Virus record (IMG/VR): IMGVR_UViG_3300014205_000173
Origin: a virus
Taxonomy: Duplodnaviria > Caudoviricetes
DNA length: 64,000 bases
Strand: one strand, 5' to 3'
The notes under the pieces are model-generated. The model was given only the letters and a program-made list of their open reading frames with translations, was not told where the DNA came from and searched no databases. Of this stretch, positions 1-10,894 are shown piece by piece. Made by a program: the position numbers and the translations under genes. Within the stretch, counting starts at the first letter, position 1; every line of letters begins with the position of its first letter.

Positions 1-456
1 TTCATTTCTATATGTTTTTGAAAAATATATTTTTGGAGATAATGTCTCCACCGTTTCGTTAGAACTAAAAACAATGGCATAGTAACTTCCCTGATTTAAT
101 GTTATTTCTGTATCAATATAATACCAAAGAGCTTCAGAAAATGGTTCTGCCTCATTGTCAGGTGAATTTAAATAATTTAACTGCCCACTAAAACTTACTA
201 ATTCGACATCAGGAAGATAACTAGTACTGTTTCCGGAGCCAGTAGTAGTTACTGTAAAAATTTTTACAATTAAGTTATTTGTTTCTGGCAAATCTGCCAT
301 AAAAAAGATTCTTGGCTGAGAAGAACTTTCTTTTGCAAAAAAAACTTGAGAATAACTTTTACTTAAAGAAACAGAAAGAGCCCTTCCGTCAACAGTCCCC
401 TCCACATCTATAGGTGTAAAAAAAGACTCATATGCTCTCATTAGGGTTGTTGACAT
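1..456 (-). CDS. Putative virion structural protein, 3'-truncated by window edge (MSTTLMRAYESFFTP...)
   Basis: Not in the ORF track; translated by hand. ATG at 456, GGAGGA Shine-Dalgarno at 465-470, frame open to position 1. S/T-rich beta-type sequence in the tail gene block. Confidence 0.7.
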   Translation of the reverse strand, partial: MSTTLMRAYESFFTPIDVEGTVDGRALSVSLSKSYSQVFFAKESSSQPRIFFMADLPETNNLIVKIFTVTTTGSGNSTSYLPDVELVSFSGQLNYLNSPDNEAEPFSEALWYYIDTEITLNQGSYYAIVFSSNETVETLSPKIYFSKTYRNE

Positions 457-491
457 ATTTTAAATCCTCCGATTTTCAACTTATCATACGA

Positions 492-3077
492 TTAAATGTT
501 CTTAAACTTAATAACAATTTTAGAATAGTCTAAATTCGATTGATTAATTCTTATTTCTAAAAATCTATTTAAAGTACTACTTTCAGTTATAAATTCTAAA
601 ACCTCATCAACATTTCCTGTATATTCTGTAACTATCCCATTTTTATCATAAATATCTAAAACTACTTTGTCTGCAAATCCTGGAGAATCAATATTTAAAT
701 ATAGTATTTTTTTGCTGTATTTCTGTGGGACAGAAAAACTATTAAAAATAATTCCACCAGAAGAAATGGCTATCTTGTTTGGAATTAAACTAGAAAAATT
801 AGTATTAGATCCGCTTTCAATATAAGCATTTACCTTTACAGTGCCTATATCAAATCCAAAAAAATAAAAAAGTGACTCGTCTCTTATTGAGACTTTCTTT
901 GAAATACCACCAAAATCTTCTCCCCTTTCACGAAAGTTTGCAATAATTTCAGATGGAGCATTACCTAACACTTCAAGATCAACTGGTTTGTATGAAAGAT
1001 CTCCCGTGCTTTCTAAAATAGCATATCTAAAAGCTTTTGTCCTTTTAACATCATATTTTATATGATCATAGACAAAAGTAACCTCATCTGGAAGATATGG
1101 AAAAACTCCTAAATAATCAGAATTATCTAAGGAGTTTTTTATATTTCCAAAAAAAGTAAGAGATGTTGATGTACTTTTCTTTATTTTATAATTAAAGATT
1201 TTATTACCAACTCTAATTACAGCGTATTGTCCAGACAGTGCATTTGTATCTATGTCATTTAAATCTGTAGATTCGTCTAGTCTTTCTGTATCAATAAAAC
1301 TAACATTTATACTATGCCTTACAAATGGATTTCCTGTACCAAATTGATATACAAAAAAATCACCAAAAAATGAAGCATCTAAAACGGTCTCATTGCTTTC
1401 TCTTAAATATGTAACTGAAAAATTATTAATATCTTTTATTTTATTATTATCTTTTATTTTTATATAATGACTTGATTTTTGATAAAAAAATAGTTTAAAG
1501 TTGTTTGTATTTAAAGATATTTTTCCACTTGAAACAGTTGCCTCTTCTGCATCTATATTAAAATAAAAATCGTTCGGATCAATATAGGTGTAAGGTTTTT
1601 TAAATTCAATATTCTCCTGAATATTACTTCTATTATTTATTCCTGAAACATAAATAATTTCGGCTTCATTCCTAAATGACTGGCTAACTCCCCTTTCCAT
1701 TATACATTCAGAAGAATTGTTTTGAACAATATTCCTAACTGGAGGCCAAGTATTTATAGAATAATTTGGAAAATCAAAATAGTAATTTACCAAACCCTGA
1801 GACGCAGATTCTGTTTTATTTGTATCAACATTGAAATTTAATGTTTTGTCTTTTTGCCTATATGAAGAGTTTTTTATTTCTTCAACAGAAGATCCATCTG
1901 GTGCCTTTACAAAATTTAAAGAAAATGGTATTAGATTAATTTTTTTTGGTTTAAATACATCCGCAGAACTACAAACAAGATAAGAAGAACTAAACTCATC
2001 TTTATCTGTATCAATATTTCTTGTAATAAAATTTTTACCATTATCAAGTTTTATATTTGTTTCAGGTAAAAACGTTAGATTCCTTGTATAAAGTATTGAA
2101 AAAGTCCCATATCTAACCCTATCCAAAGAAACAAGGGCGTCTATCTTTACTCTTGATGGAAGGTTAAATTTGAAAGAAAAATCAACATAATCATATCTTA
2201 TGTCATTCACGAAAACACTTTGTATCGGAAGTGCTCCAATTACAGTTTCTATTCCCTCCTGATTTACAGAAACATTTACTTGCTCTATAAGATCCGTTAG
2301 GTATGGAAACATTAACCGACACTCTCTTTCAAATATAATGTCATCTGACGATAGAATTTTTTTATAATATTCTTCCCCGGGAGGAGAATATGGTGTTTTG
2401 TGTTCTATTGTAGAACCAATTATAGTTCTATTTGAAGCTAAACCAACTGCACTATCAAAAAACTCATTTGCTATTGTTTTGCCAGTAACTACCATATAGT
2501 TACTTCTATCAAATCCAGTATTTATATATCCACTAGATTTTCTTACTTGAACTTTAAAATTAAAAGTTGGATCTATTGATATTGGGAAATAACGAGAATC
2601 ATAAGATTTTGAAGAAAATTTATAATTTATTCTTCTCTCACCATCTAAAACCTCTAATTTGCAAAAATTATCCAAATTAGTGTTCTTATTATGATTCTCA
2701 TAATTTATTTTAAGACTTGAAAATGAAAAAATTTCTATTTGATTTTTACCAACTATCTTATACTTGTTTTCACTTTCATCATAAAACAATAAACAGTTTT
2801 TTAAATTAAAACTCAAAGAAAAATCTTTAGCTGCACTCTTATCCCAAACCTTAATTTCCTCTTTTATTTCAGAACTTTTCAATAAAAATATAATATCAAT
2901 TTTTTTAAAAATATTTTTAAGTTCTAAACGATAAGATCCATCTTCCTGAGAAAAAACCTTTGGTTCAAAATTACAATTTTCGGGATAAATCATTTCAAAT
3001 TGATATTTTTGATCAACCCCAATTAATAGAGACCTCTTTTCAACGTCTACTGAAAAATCATAATAAAAATCTAACAT
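492..3077 (-). CDS. Hypothetical 861-aa protein, probably virion-associated
   Basis: Long ORF in the tail block, beta-rich composition, no recognised catalytic motif. Confidence 0.5.
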   Translation of the reverse strand: MLDFYYDFSVDVEKRSLLIGVDQKYQFEMIYPENCNFEPKVFSQEDGSYRLELKNIFKKIDIIFLLKSSEIKEEIKVWDKSAAKDFSLSFNLKNCLLFYDESENKYKIVGKNQIEIFSFSSLKINYENHNKNTNLDNFCKLEVLDGERRINYKFSSKSYDSRYFPISIDPTFNFKVQVRKSSGYINTGFDRSNYMVVTGKTIANEFFDSAVGLASNRTIIGSTIEHKTPYSPPGEEYYKKILSSDDIIFERECRLMFPYLTDLIEQVNVSVNQEGIETVIGALPIQSVFVNDIRYDYVDFSFKFNLPSRVKIDALVSLDRVRYGTFSILYTRNLTFLPETNIKLDNGKNFITRNIDTDKDEFSSSYLVCSSADVFKPKKINLIPFSLNFVKAPDGSSVEEIKNSSYRQKDKTLNFNVDTNKTESASQGLVNYYFDFPNYSINTWPPVRNIVQNNSSECIMERGVSQSFRNEAEIIYVSGINNRSNIQENIEFKKPYTYIDPNDFYFNIDAEEATVSSGKISLNTNNFKLFFYQKSSHYIKIKDNNKIKDINNFSVTYLRESNETVLDASFFGDFFVYQFGTGNPFVRHSINVSFIDTERLDESTDLNDIDTNALSGQYAVIRVGNKIFNYKIKKSTSTSLTFFGNIKNSLDNSDYLGVFPYLPDEVTFVYDHIKYDVKRTKAFRYAILESTGDLSYKPVDLEVLGNAPSEIIANFRERGEDFGGISKKVSIRDESLFYFFGFDIGTVKVNAYIESGSNTNFSSLIPNKIAISSGGIIFNSFSVPQKYSKKILYLNIDSPGFADKVVLDIYDKNGIVTEYTGNVDEVLEFITESSTLNRFLEIRINQSNLDYSKIVIKFKNI

Positions 3078-4876
3078 TGCTCATTGACGATCCGTTTAAT
3101 TTCATCTTCTGAATATATCATACATGGAACTTCTTTACATCCCATATCTCTACATGGAACGCATGGCAAAATACCTTTTTTGAAATATATTTTATTTCTG
3201 TTCCCATAATATCCACCATCTCTTAGATTTGGATCAATTGGACCAAAAAAAGCCTTACATGGAGTTCCTATCAATGAAGCCATGTGAAAAACACCAGTAT
3301 CGGGAGTATAAACACAATTACTTTTTTTTATCAAAATCATTAACTCTTCTAAATCTAAACTAAATCCTAAATCTAAAACATTTTCTTTGTTTTTAATTTT
3401 TTCCAAATTTATATCTACACTATTTCCAACAACAAATACCTTATTGCCTTTTTCGGATTCTAAATCAATTATCTTCATTGCGACATCATTTGGAAAACTT
3501 CTAATAAGACAGGTTCCGCTCATACAAATTACGATTTTTTTCTGATTATTCTCTTCAAAAATTTTATTAAACCTTTCCTCTTTCTGCTGATCTATTAAAA
3601 ACTCAGGAAAGACAGCTTCAACTCCATCTACTGGAATTGAATATAAAAATTTTTCAATTCTATGAATATCTCTTTTATCGTAAAACTCTACATATTTAAT
3701 CCAATTTTGCACAAAATCAAATCTTTCTTCAAATTCTTTTATTTTTTTTGAATTATCAATATTTTCTCTTTCAGAATACGAAAAATCATAGTTTAAATTT
3801 ATTGGAATAATTTCATCTATACATTTAAATCCTTTTATAAAATTAAAATTCTCAAATTTTGTCATGTATGTAATTTTTGTATTTGGAAAAAGATTTTTAA
3901 ATCCTTGAATTGCAAACATTGACATTATTATATCACCAACGCCACCTTCCCTTATGAAAAGAACTTTAGCTCCATTGTAGAATTTAGTATACATTTTATT
4001 TTTTTTATTTGTAATTTCAAAATAAGATTTAACTTTTTCTTTATATAACAGTTCACTTTCTTCAAACTCTAAGGAAAAGTTTTTTCCCGGACCATCCGTT
4101 GTTAAATTTCCATGATGATGAACAAAAACATCTAAAGCCAAAACAGGATAGCTTGCTTTAGACATTGCAATATCATTTAAAATTTTTGCTTCGCTTCTTC
4201 TTTTTAAAAAATCAACATCAAATCCATTGCAATCAAAAAAAACTTTAGATTTAAACATTGTACAAAACACACACATTTCTTGAACAATTTTAAAATAGTT
4301 TAAATTTTGACTTTTAACATTTTTACTATAGGAGTCAAAACCATCAAACTCACAATAAATATCTTCTAGATTTTTTTCTATTTCCTCTGTTGTAAAAAAT
4401 GCTTTAGAATAAAGTTTTTTTTCAATGAAAATATCTTTTATTTCTTTATCAAATGAACAAGGAGTTTCTTCCGTACAATAGCTAGCTCTTGGGAAAATAC
4501 AAGACCAGTCCACGACATCTTTATTTTCAATTAACTTTACATGGTTTATAAAAGAATCCAACCAACCACAACTAACAAATACATCGTTGTGTAAAACTAC
4601 AAAGTAATCAGAATTTTTCCCGTGATCTTTTATTGCAGACATATACGCAAACGATACTCCAAGCTCCTTTTTATGATAAACGTATTCTATGTCAGAAATT
4701 AAAGACTCTGAAAATTCCTTTACCTTTAATCCTATTTTCTCATCACTACCATTATCAATTAAGATTAATTTGTAGAGATTTGGATTTGTATTTTTAGCTA
4801 AATACTCTACAGCTTTTAAGGTCCAAAATTTTTGGTTCTGGAACATTAAAAATATTGGTATTTTCTTGACTTCCAT
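3071..4876 (-). CDS. Bifunctional glycosyltransferase: N-terminal GT2 plus C-terminal GT9 (heptosyltransferase-like)
   Basis: GT2 motifs LILIDNGS and VVLHNDV, plus FVHHHG; GT9 motifs FIREGGVGDIIM, DTGVFHMASLIGTP, FFGP and terminal CVPC...C...C. Confidence 0.85.
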   Translation of the reverse strand: MEVKKIPIFLMFQNQKFWTLKAVEYLAKNTNPNLYKLILIDNGSDEKIGLKVKEFSESLISDIEYVYHKKELGVSFAYMSAIKDHGKNSDYFVVLHNDVFVSCGWLDSFINHVKLIENKDVVDWSCIFPRASYCTEETPCSFDKEIKDIFIEKKLYSKAFFTTEEIEKNLEDIYCEFDGFDSYSKNVKSQNLNYFKIVQEMCVFCTMFKSKVFFDCNGFDVDFLKRRSEAKILNDIAMSKASYPVLALDVFVHHHGNLTTDGPGKNFSLEFEESELLYKEKVKSYFEITNKKNKMYTKFYNGAKVLFIREGGVGDIIMSMFAIQGFKNLFPNTKITYMTKFENFNFIKGFKCIDEIIPINLNYDFSYSERENIDNSKKIKEFEERFDFVQNWIKYVEFYDKRDIHRIEKFLYSIPVDGVEAVFPEFLIDQQKEERFNKIFEENNQKKIVICMSGTCLIRSFPNDVAMKIIDLESEKGNKVFVVGNSVDINLEKIKNKENVLDLGFSLDLEELMILIKKSNCVYTPDTGVFHMASLIGTPCKAFFGPIDPNLRDGGYYGNRNKIYFKKGILPCVPCRDMGCKEVPCMIYSEDEIKRIVNEQC

Positions 4877-5348
4877 AAATATCTCTCACTTGAAAGTTTT
4901 TAATTTTTATTGGCGCCACATCTGGCAATTTATTTGGATCACCAAATGTTAACTGATAGTTTGGTGTGTTCCCAAAAGCAACATCTTTAGATTCAATAAA
5001 CTTATCATCATAAACATTTCCTACATATATTGCATTTTTATTTTTCCCATAAAAAATTTCTATCGAATACTCTACGCCGATTTCAATACGAATATTGGAT
5101 TTAATATGATACCAATAAAGTCTTTCTACATCATACCTGCCAAGAAGAAGGTTAATACCATAACCACTATTTTCCAAAGATATATGAAATGATGGCTCAA
5201 AATCTATATTTGAGGCACAAAAAAAAGAATAAATACCACTAATATTACCAAATACAGTAATAAAAAAATTAATTTTACCAGAAAATGGTAATTTTCTTAA
5301 AAATACCTTCTCCTTTTGTGTTTTTATTATTTTTTTAACAATATCCAT
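4794..5348 (-). CDS. Hypothetical protein, possible LamG/concanavalin-like beta-sandwich
   Basis: Alternating beta-strand pattern ending AIYVGN...LTFG...IKNFQV; overlaps the next gene by 83 nt. Confidence 0.45.
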   Translation of the reverse strand: MDIVKKIIKTQKEKVFLRKLPFSGKINFFITVFGNISGIYSFFCASNIDFEPSFHISLENSGYGINLLLGRYDVERLYWYHIKSNIRIEIGVEYSIEIFYGKNKNAIYVGNVYDDKFIESKDVAFGNTPNYQLTFGDPNKLPDVAPIKIKNFQVRDIYGSQENTNIFNVPEPKILDLKSCRVFS

Positions 5349-5351
5349 AAA

Positions 5352-6473
5352 TTATTTGCTTAAAATATCTATAATTTTGTTTGAAATAATCTTGTCTGAA
5401 AAGGTTTCTACCATTTGTTTTGAGGCCAACTTCCCCTTTTCTCTTGCCTTTTCTATGTCACCAAATACTTCTTTCATCCTCTCTATAAGACTATTCTCAT
5501 CTATTTTAACCCATTTCTTATTTTCAAAATTAGGATTTATTTTACACATCTCCATACTCACATTTTCAAACCCATCAATATCTACAAGATATGAATTTTC
5601 AGAATTCATAAACTGTAAATTTCCAGAATAGTTAGTTGCAATTGTAGGCTTCCCTAAAAACATCATTGAAGACAAACAAAGACCCCACCCCTCCCCCCTA
5701 TGAGGAGAAATAAGACAATCAAAACTATTCATAAAATTTGGCATTAATTTTTCATCAATAGGGTCGCCATAAAAATATATTGTTGGAATTTTATTTTTAG
5801 GTATCTTACTTTCTATAATTATTTTTTTAATTCTTTCTACTAACTTTTTTTGATCAACTAATGAGAATGAATTAAAATAAGCCTTTATTGTAAGAGAAAC
5901 ATCTCTATTCCCCTCAAACGCTTTTATGTAATTCTTAATTAATATATCTCCACCTTTCCTTGGAGTATAGTCTCCAACAAATAAAAAGTTAAACCCCTTA
6001 AGATTTTTTATATTCATTTTTTTAACATCTGAATTCCAAATCAATGGATCATGACAATGAGGAACTATATGAATCTTTTCTGATATAACACCACTATCAA
6101 TAAAATTATTCTTTGAAAATTCGCTAGCAGTCATTATTGTGTCGCAAGCATTGCAAATATCTACCCATCTTTCTGGAATTTCCATTTCACAAATAGTATA
6201 TAGAATATTTTTATTTTTAAATGAAAACTTCATTGAATCAGGAACACAATGATTAACAACTGCATTTAAATTTTCAAAATTATTTACTGCCAAATTAGAA
6301 TGAAAATTTATTTCATTGCTATCAATTCCCTGTAAATTAATATTATATGAAACATTTGTAATAATTGTATTTACTGTGCATCTATCATTTTTATTTAAAG
6401 CGTGAATATATGACCTTGCACACGATGAGTACCCGCTAGGGTCAATTGCTGTTATCCATCCAATTTTCAACAT
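5352..6473 (-). CDS. Glycosyltransferase family 4 (GT-B)
   Basis: SGYSSCAR N-terminal loop, FLFVG..PRKG, HRGEGWGL, PTIATNYSG. Confidence 0.9.
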   Translation of the reverse strand: MLKIGWITAIDPSGYSSCARSYIHALNKNDRCTVNTIITNVSYNINLQGIDSNEINFHSNLAVNNFENLNAVVNHCVPDSMKFSFKNKNILYTICEMEIPERWVDICNACDTIMTASEFSKNNFIDSGVISEKIHIVPHCHDPLIWNSDVKKMNIKNLKGFNFLFVGDYTPRKGGDILIKNYIKAFEGNRDVSLTIKAYFNSFSLVDQKKLVERIKKIIIESKIPKNKIPTIYFYGDPIDEKLMPNFMNSFDCLISPHRGEGWGLCLSSMMFLGKPTIATNYSGNLQFMNSENSYLVDIDGFENVSMEMCKINPNFENKKWVKIDENSLIERMKEVFGDIEKAREKGKLASKQMVETFSDKIISNKIIDILSK

Positions 6474-6675
6474 CCGTTATTTCCAGTAACTCAAATTCTT
6501 CTTCTGGGTTTTCGTCATTAATTTTATTTTTATTCTTAAAAACAAAACTTTTTTTAAAGAAAGAAACTATATCCTCAGTTCCCCAATCATTTGGGTAATA
6601 TATTTCTCCCTTAGACGGGAAAACATTCCCTATTTTTATTGTTTTTATTTTTCCATCTTTTATTCCAGCTATCAT
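6442..6675 (-). CDS. Small hypothetical protein
   Basis: ATGA-coupled to the upstream tail gene; 77 aa. Confidence 0.5.
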   Translation of the reverse strand: MIAGIKDGKIKTIKIGNVFPSKGEIYYPNDWGTEDIVSFFKKSFVFKNKNKINDENPEEEFELLEITDVENWMDNSN

Positions 6676-9600
6676 GTACTAAAAACCAACCCGTCAAATG
6701 ATGATGTAAATAAAGGTCTAACACTATTTGCTCCAATGCTAAACTTAACTGAAGCGTCAGAAGTTTCCCTTCCCCATTCCCAGTTTTTAGTACCATCTGG
6801 CTTTATCTTTTCAAACCTAGAAATACTATCGGCACCAGCCACGCCTCTCTTTAAGTCACTTAAAGCAACATAAATATCTCCATAATCTGTGTTTTCAAAA
6901 GTTTTTGGATCAAATCTAGCATCCATAGGATAAGTACCATCATCATCTAAACTGATTTGTGTTGGCAAGTCATATGTACTTGTGGTACTATTTTTTCTGA
7001 AAACATAAAGGCCATTATTTTTCTCTCCAGTTAATGATATAAGTAAAAACTCACCTTTCTTTTCGATAGAGCCCTTTATTCCAAAAAAACTATTTGTTTC
7101 AAAAGAAGGGTTAGACTCATTTTCAAACCCAAAAGATCCTTGTGGGAAATTTGAATTTGATTCAATCTTACTCAAAGAACTAGACTTATAAGCTTCTCTT
7201 GGATTTATTTTCATATACCAAGATTCAAAAATAGAGTCATCCCAGCTATAAGGTCTTGCCTTTTTAAGAATATACATGTATCCATACTCGTCTATATTGA
7301 AAGCAACAGTTCCTTGAATCGGCAAAAACATAAGATTATAACTATTTGTAACAGAACCTTTATTCCCTATTTTCAATATATTAATTCTTTGATTTGCACC
7401 ATTTAGGTCCTCAACAGGAACTTCAGAGTTTTCGAACTTAACAATAGAAGATGCTGTAGGAATTAATGTTTCACTATCAGGATGGAAATTCACATCTAAA
7501 ATTGGACTAGAAATACTTTCAATCCAATTACCAGTTTCTGCACTTACAAAAAACGCCAAAACACCTCTATCTACAGCATAAATACTTTCTGAATCAGAAA
7601 GATTTCTAGAAAGACCTTTATACCTTATGTTGAAGTTTTCTGGAATAACATTTATATCACTTTCAACCGAAGTATCATTTGGTGTAATTACACCGTCAAA
7701 CCAAGATGAAATCTCATGACTAAAAATAACATAAAGAACACCATTATCTCCCAATTGCCTATTAAAAACAACGTTTACCACCTTCCCTTCTAAACTAGCA
7801 GGTATTGATGGATCGGCTTCATAAACCCTATTGAAAGCAAACTCGGAAACATACATATTTACAATATCACGATTAGTGTCTATCTCTATAATTCTACTTG
7901 AGTCTCTATCTAAAAACATTATATTACCACTTGACATTATCTTTAAATCAGTAATATCACCAACCAAGCCAGAAGATTCCTCATTTAAAATCTGAAGTGC
8001 TGTTTTTGGTAAATTACTTCCAGTATAATTATTAGTATATTTTTCATTAAATGTGGATTTAAGCTCTGTTACTTTCTTGTTTGATCCATAAATAATATTT
8101 CCAGTTCTAGAAGTTTCTAATATTGAAACTTCACCTGAAGTAATTTTTGTATTTTCAATACTTCTATATGAATCAAAATCATCTTGTGCAGATATTGTCA
8201 AAGAACCTGATGTTGTTTCTGTAGAATAATTTATGGTTAAAGAATTTAAAACAGGAGTTGCCTTATTATCGCTTGTTGGAAGTAAAACAACTCTTATTGA
8301 AATCCCATATGAAGTACTATATATTTGTGAAAAAACTTCAGGTAATGATTCTCCTGAAGACAAATACGTTCTTAATAAATCACCTGAATCAGGTCCAAAC
8401 TCCTGAACAAACAAAGAACTATAAACTCCTCCCTCCATAAACTCAGATGACTTCTTTGTAAAGAAAAGGTTTTCTCTATAGTCAGACTCCCCTGCATCAG
8501 CTCCAACTATAATTGATGCATTTTTCTTTATCTGTAAATAAATTGCAGAATCTCCGGGTTCTGTTGACACCCAAGAAATAGACTCAATAGATATGGGATC
8601 TGGAAAATCTATAGTTAAATTTTCAAGTTTGTTATTGTCTATATTAGAAGAATATTCAAAAGATCCTGAAAAATACACGTTGTTTATATCAACTAACATT
8701 TCAGATAACTCAATAGAATCAATAACCTCTAACTGAGATCTAGAACCTTGAGGCCAACTTAAAGGTTTTGCTTGGTTTTGAATAACATCATAACCGTCGT
8801 CTCTTGAGGTTAAAAGATATATGCCAGTAACTCCTACCTTTAAAACATCCCATCCCGGATCAGTTAATGCAGTGCTAGGAGGTGTCGTTACAGTGAACTC
8901 TAAAGAAGTGTCATCAACATACCCAAACAAAAATTCCATTTTTGAACTTACTAATTCGGCTGAAATAGTTACTGTTGGAACTCCATTTTCATCCAAATCA
9001 TTTGATTGAAATGGCTCATCGTCTCCACGACCAAAGAACCTATATGTAGACGGCACTGAAGAGTCACCTATATATCTATAATAATATCTTGCTGGATATT
9101 CAGAATAACTTGGATTAGTTACCTCAATAATGAGGTCCATATCGTAATCATATGTCCAATTAGGATCTAAAATAGCATCTGAACTATTTGTTTGTTTTAA
9201 TAAGAAATTTAAAAACATATTTTCAGAAACATCATAAAGATCTTCCCAAACAGCAAACATAATAGATTTATCACTTTCTATTCTTGTTATGTTTCCATCC
9301 TTTACAGATAAAATACTTGTGTATGAATACATTGAAGTAGAATCTGGAGTTGTAGAAGAAGATACGTTACTAGATCTTCTTTTTTTACCAGAAACAATCC
9401 CGTCATAAAGGCTTGCTGCTTGTGATCCAAATGAAATTAATTTTTTAGAATCAATATATGACGGACTAGTTGTTGCACTTAGTAATGGATAAGAAGTAGC
9501 CCTGTCCGTTGTATCTAATAAATCGGAGTATAGGTCTCCATCATCTTTGCTATGAACTAATTGATCCGCACCTAATGGATTTAGAAATATAATTGCGTTT

Positions 9601-10883
9601 CCAGTTCCATTAAAACCAAATCCATATTCAAATCCATAACCATATCCGTAAGAGTTTTCATAAACTAATTCAAAATTATTATCAAACCCATCACTAATAC
9701 CGTGTCCACTTAAGCTTCCATCATAATCAAAAACTTCTTCATCTAAACTAAAAGTATCCTTAAAATTAGTATATATAACATCAAAATAATCCAAACCATT
9801 ACCATATCCATACCCATAACCATAAGCTTGATCTGAATCAAGATTCCCAGTAATTGTAATAAAAATAGGGTTATATTCACCCTCTTTAAACTCTTGTTCT
9901 GAATTAAATGTATATTGACCAAGATCTCTTGAGTTTACAAATTTACCTTTTATTAAATGACTTTCAAAATCCAACTCTGCTGTTGTAGCATTAATATCTA
10001 TAAAACTTTTTGGATTAAGAAGTTCGCTATTTCCTATTCCGGGAATAATGGCCGCAAAATTAAACATGTAATCATCAATATTTGAAAAAACATGTTTCAT
10101 TGATAATATTAATTGTATTAAATTTGCAGTCATAATATCGCCAAAAAGCAATCTATTTAATGTTTGCAATTTTTCAACTAAAGAGTCTATCTCTTCGTGA
10201 GTTAAAGTTCCGATGTCAGAAAGATCATTGTGGCTCAAACTAAATCTATCTTTAGGAATTATACCACTTGTAATTTTTGAGGCAGGAAGATCTTCAATAT
10301 TTGCCGCACTTAAAACACCCTTAACGTGATTAAATAAATCAATTTTATCAGGCTCTCCCGGAGCCCCAGTATGAACGTGGTCTTCTATTAAAGAAGAAAT
10401 AAACCTTATTAACTCTAAACTTTTTCTACCTGATTCTTCAGTCATGTTTATTTCTGCAATATTACCATTCTTATCTACCGTAATATATCCTAAAGGTAAA
10501 TAAACATCAAAACTAAATGTTTCTGTAGTTATTATAAGCTCACCCTGTGCTGTATATGGCGTTTTTCCTAAAACCTTCATATAAACATTATTTCTTAATA
10601 AAGAACTGTCTGTTGGTAATGTTGGAGATTCCATCAGATAATCTGATGAAGTTGAAGCAGCTATTGAAGAAATTACTCCAGAGCCTCTTGTAACTCTAAT
10701 CTTTTTTAAGTTATCATTATCCTTTACAATTTCCCACCCAGAAATAACGCCATCACCCAAAAAGGTGAATATAGCTTCAAGCTGTCTATCTATTGCCATA
10801 AACCTAGTCCTATCAATAGGTCCAGTTAAAACCTCTCCAGAAGAAAGATAGGGCAATCTATATATACTTGTAAGCTTTGGCAT
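6672..10883 (-). CDS. Large tail fibre/baseplate-type structural protein with Tyr-Gly repeats
   Basis: N-terminal GDGVISGW, HVHTG and SHNDLSDIGTLTHEEID motifs typical of fibre proteins; YGYGYGYG tracts; propeller-like C-terminus; AGGAGA SD. Confidence 0.65.
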   Translation of the reverse strand: MPKLTSIYRLPYLSSGEVLTGPIDRTRFMAIDRQLEAIFTFLGDGVISGWEIVKDNDNLKKIRVTRGSGVISSIAASTSSDYLMESPTLPTDSSLLRNNVYMKVLGKTPYTAQGELIITTETFSFDVYLPLGYITVDKNGNIAEINMTEESGRKSLELIRFISSLIEDHVHTGAPGEPDKIDLFNHVKGVLSAANIEDLPASKITSGIIPKDRFSLSHNDLSDIGTLTHEEIDSLVEKLQTLNRLLFGDIMTANLIQLILSMKHVFSNIDDYMFNFAAIIPGIGNSELLNPKSFIDINATTAELDFESHLIKGKFVNSRDLGQYTFNSEQEFKEGEYNPIFITITGNLDSDQAYGYGYGYGNGLDYFDVIYTNFKDTFSLDEEVFDYDGSLSGHGISDGFDNNFELVYENSYGYGYGFEYGFGFNGTGNAIIFLNPLGADQLVHSKDDGDLYSDLLDTTDRATSYPLLSATTSPSYIDSKKLISFGSQAASLYDGIVSGKKRRSSNVSSSTTPDSTSMYSYTSILSVKDGNITRIESDKSIMFAVWEDLYDVSENMFLNFLLKQTNSSDAILDPNWTYDYDMDLIIEVTNPSYSEYPARYYYRYIGDSSVPSTYRFFGRGDDEPFQSNDLDENGVPTVTISAELVSSKMEFLFGYVDDTSLEFTVTTPPSTALTDPGWDVLKVGVTGIYLLTSRDDGYDVIQNQAKPLSWPQGSRSQLEVIDSIELSEMLVDINNVYFSGSFEYSSNIDNNKLENLTIDFPDPISIESISWVSTEPGDSAIYLQIKKNASIIVGADAGESDYRENLFFTKKSSEFMEGGVYSSLFVQEFGPDSGDLLRTYLSSGESLPEVFSQIYSTSYGISIRVVLLPTSDNKATPVLNSLTINYSTETTSGSLTISAQDDFDSYRSIENTKITSGEVSILETSRTGNIIYGSNKKVTELKSTFNEKYTNNYTGSNLPKTALQILNEESSGLVGDITDLKIMSSGNIMFLDRDSSRIIEIDTNRDIVNMYVSEFAFNRVYEADPSIPASLEGKVVNVVFNRQLGDNGVLYVIFSHEISSWFDGVITPNDTSVESDINVIPENFNIRYKGLSRNLSDSESIYAVDRGVLAFFVSAETGNWIESISSPILDVNFHPDSETLIPTASSIVKFENSEVPVEDLNGANQRINILKIGNKGSVTNSYNLMFLPIQGTVAFNIDEYGYMYILKKARPYSWDDSIFESWYMKINPREAYKSSSLSKIESNSNFPQGSFGFENESNPSFETNSFFGIKGSIEKKGEFLLISLTGEKNNGLYVFRKNSTTSTYDLPTQISLDDDGTYPMDARFDPKTFENTDYGDIYVALSDLKRGVAGADSISRFEKIKPDGTKNWEWGRETSDASVKFSIGANSVRPLFTSSFDGLVFST

Positions 10884-10894
10884 TTATTATCTCC

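Noticed and set aside
4794-4876. Frameshift fusion of the LamG-like ORF with the GT2-GT9 gene (83-nt overlap)
   Set aside because: No convincing slippery site, and the GT has its own ATG at the expected domain start.
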